From the IMG/VR virus record IMGVR_UViG_3300027749_005140, positions 64,001 through 128,000 of that record: DNA of 64,000 nucleotides, one strand, 5' to 3'. The position numbers and the translations under genes were made by a program. Below are positions 63,904 through 64,000 of this stretch, one piece after another. Numbering within the stretch: the first letter of the stretch is position 1; the number at the start of each line of letters is the position of its first letter. The stretch comes from a virus. Taxonomy: Duplodnaviria; Heunggongvirae; Uroviricota; Caudoviricetes. Under the pieces are notes generated by a model, which worked only from the letters and a program-made list of their open reading frames with translations, made no database searches and was not told the DNA's origin.

Positions 63904-64000
63904 TTATTGTTTGTTTTTATTTACCCAGTCTTTTATAAGACTTTCTATAATTTTTGATTTATTATACATTTTATACTCAACTATTTTAATAAACTCACCA
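63904..64000 (-). CDS. Partial small protein, ribbon-helix-helix-like C-terminus
   Basis: ...YKMYNKSKIIESLIKDWVNKNKQ*; 5' end outside the window. Confidence 0.35.
   Translation of the reverse strand, partial: GEFIKIVEYKMYNKSKIIESLIKDWVNKNKQ

Noticed and set aside
1-64000. Stop-codon reassignment (code 15 or 4), common in some Bacteroidota phages
   Set aside because: Conserved genes (dnaK, clpC, nrdB, gmd, uvsE) are full length in code 11, coding density is high, and no suppressor tRNA is present
1-64000. Bacterial chromosome origin, suggested by dnaK/dnaJ/grpE, nusG, clpC and the glycan genes
   Set aside because: These genes are interleaved with T4-like neck, tail and SSB genes, RNA ligase and CCA-less tRNAs; the chaperone operon is scrambled, and nusG lacks secE/rplK neighbours

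Overview
Very AT-rich, gene-dense DNA (standard code 11) that reads as a segment of a T4-like jumbo myophage infecting a Bacteroidota host. Evidence for phage origin is the T4 gp13/gp14-like neck proteins, a tail-tube-fold protein, a gp32-like SSB and a T4 RNA ligase 1. Evidence for the host is repeated TAnnTTTG promoters and a T9SS-sorted protein. The window holds a 7-tRNA cluster with an inserted endonuclease gene, a ClpC-type ATPase, DnaK/DnaJ/GrpE, NusG, UvsE, nucleotide-metabolism genes (RNR beta, GMP reductase-like, dCMP deaminase), a 19-gene 16.5-kb glycan-synthesis operon (GDP-fucose pathway with an intein-split fucose synthase, plus many glycosyltransferase-like ORFs), and a 7-gene secreted/envelope operon (CsgG-like protein, repeat-containing beta-barrel, cohesin-dockerin-T9SS protein). 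Most interesting candidates: (1) an unannotated 32-codon leader peptide plus terminator/antiterminator in front of the tRNA cluster, whose control codons (M-P-Q-P-M-Q-D-Q-D) match exactly the tRNA species downstream, suggesting a phage tRNA operon under ribosome-mediated attenuation; (2) small ORFs carrying isolated segments of the gp23 major capsid protein fused to a shared C-terminal R-x-x-K-I-x-x-I-L tag; (3) the transporter-less glycan operon; (4) the CsgG/T9SS surface module; (5) three promoter classes that sort genes by function. All family assignments come from motif recognition by eye; no database searches were run.
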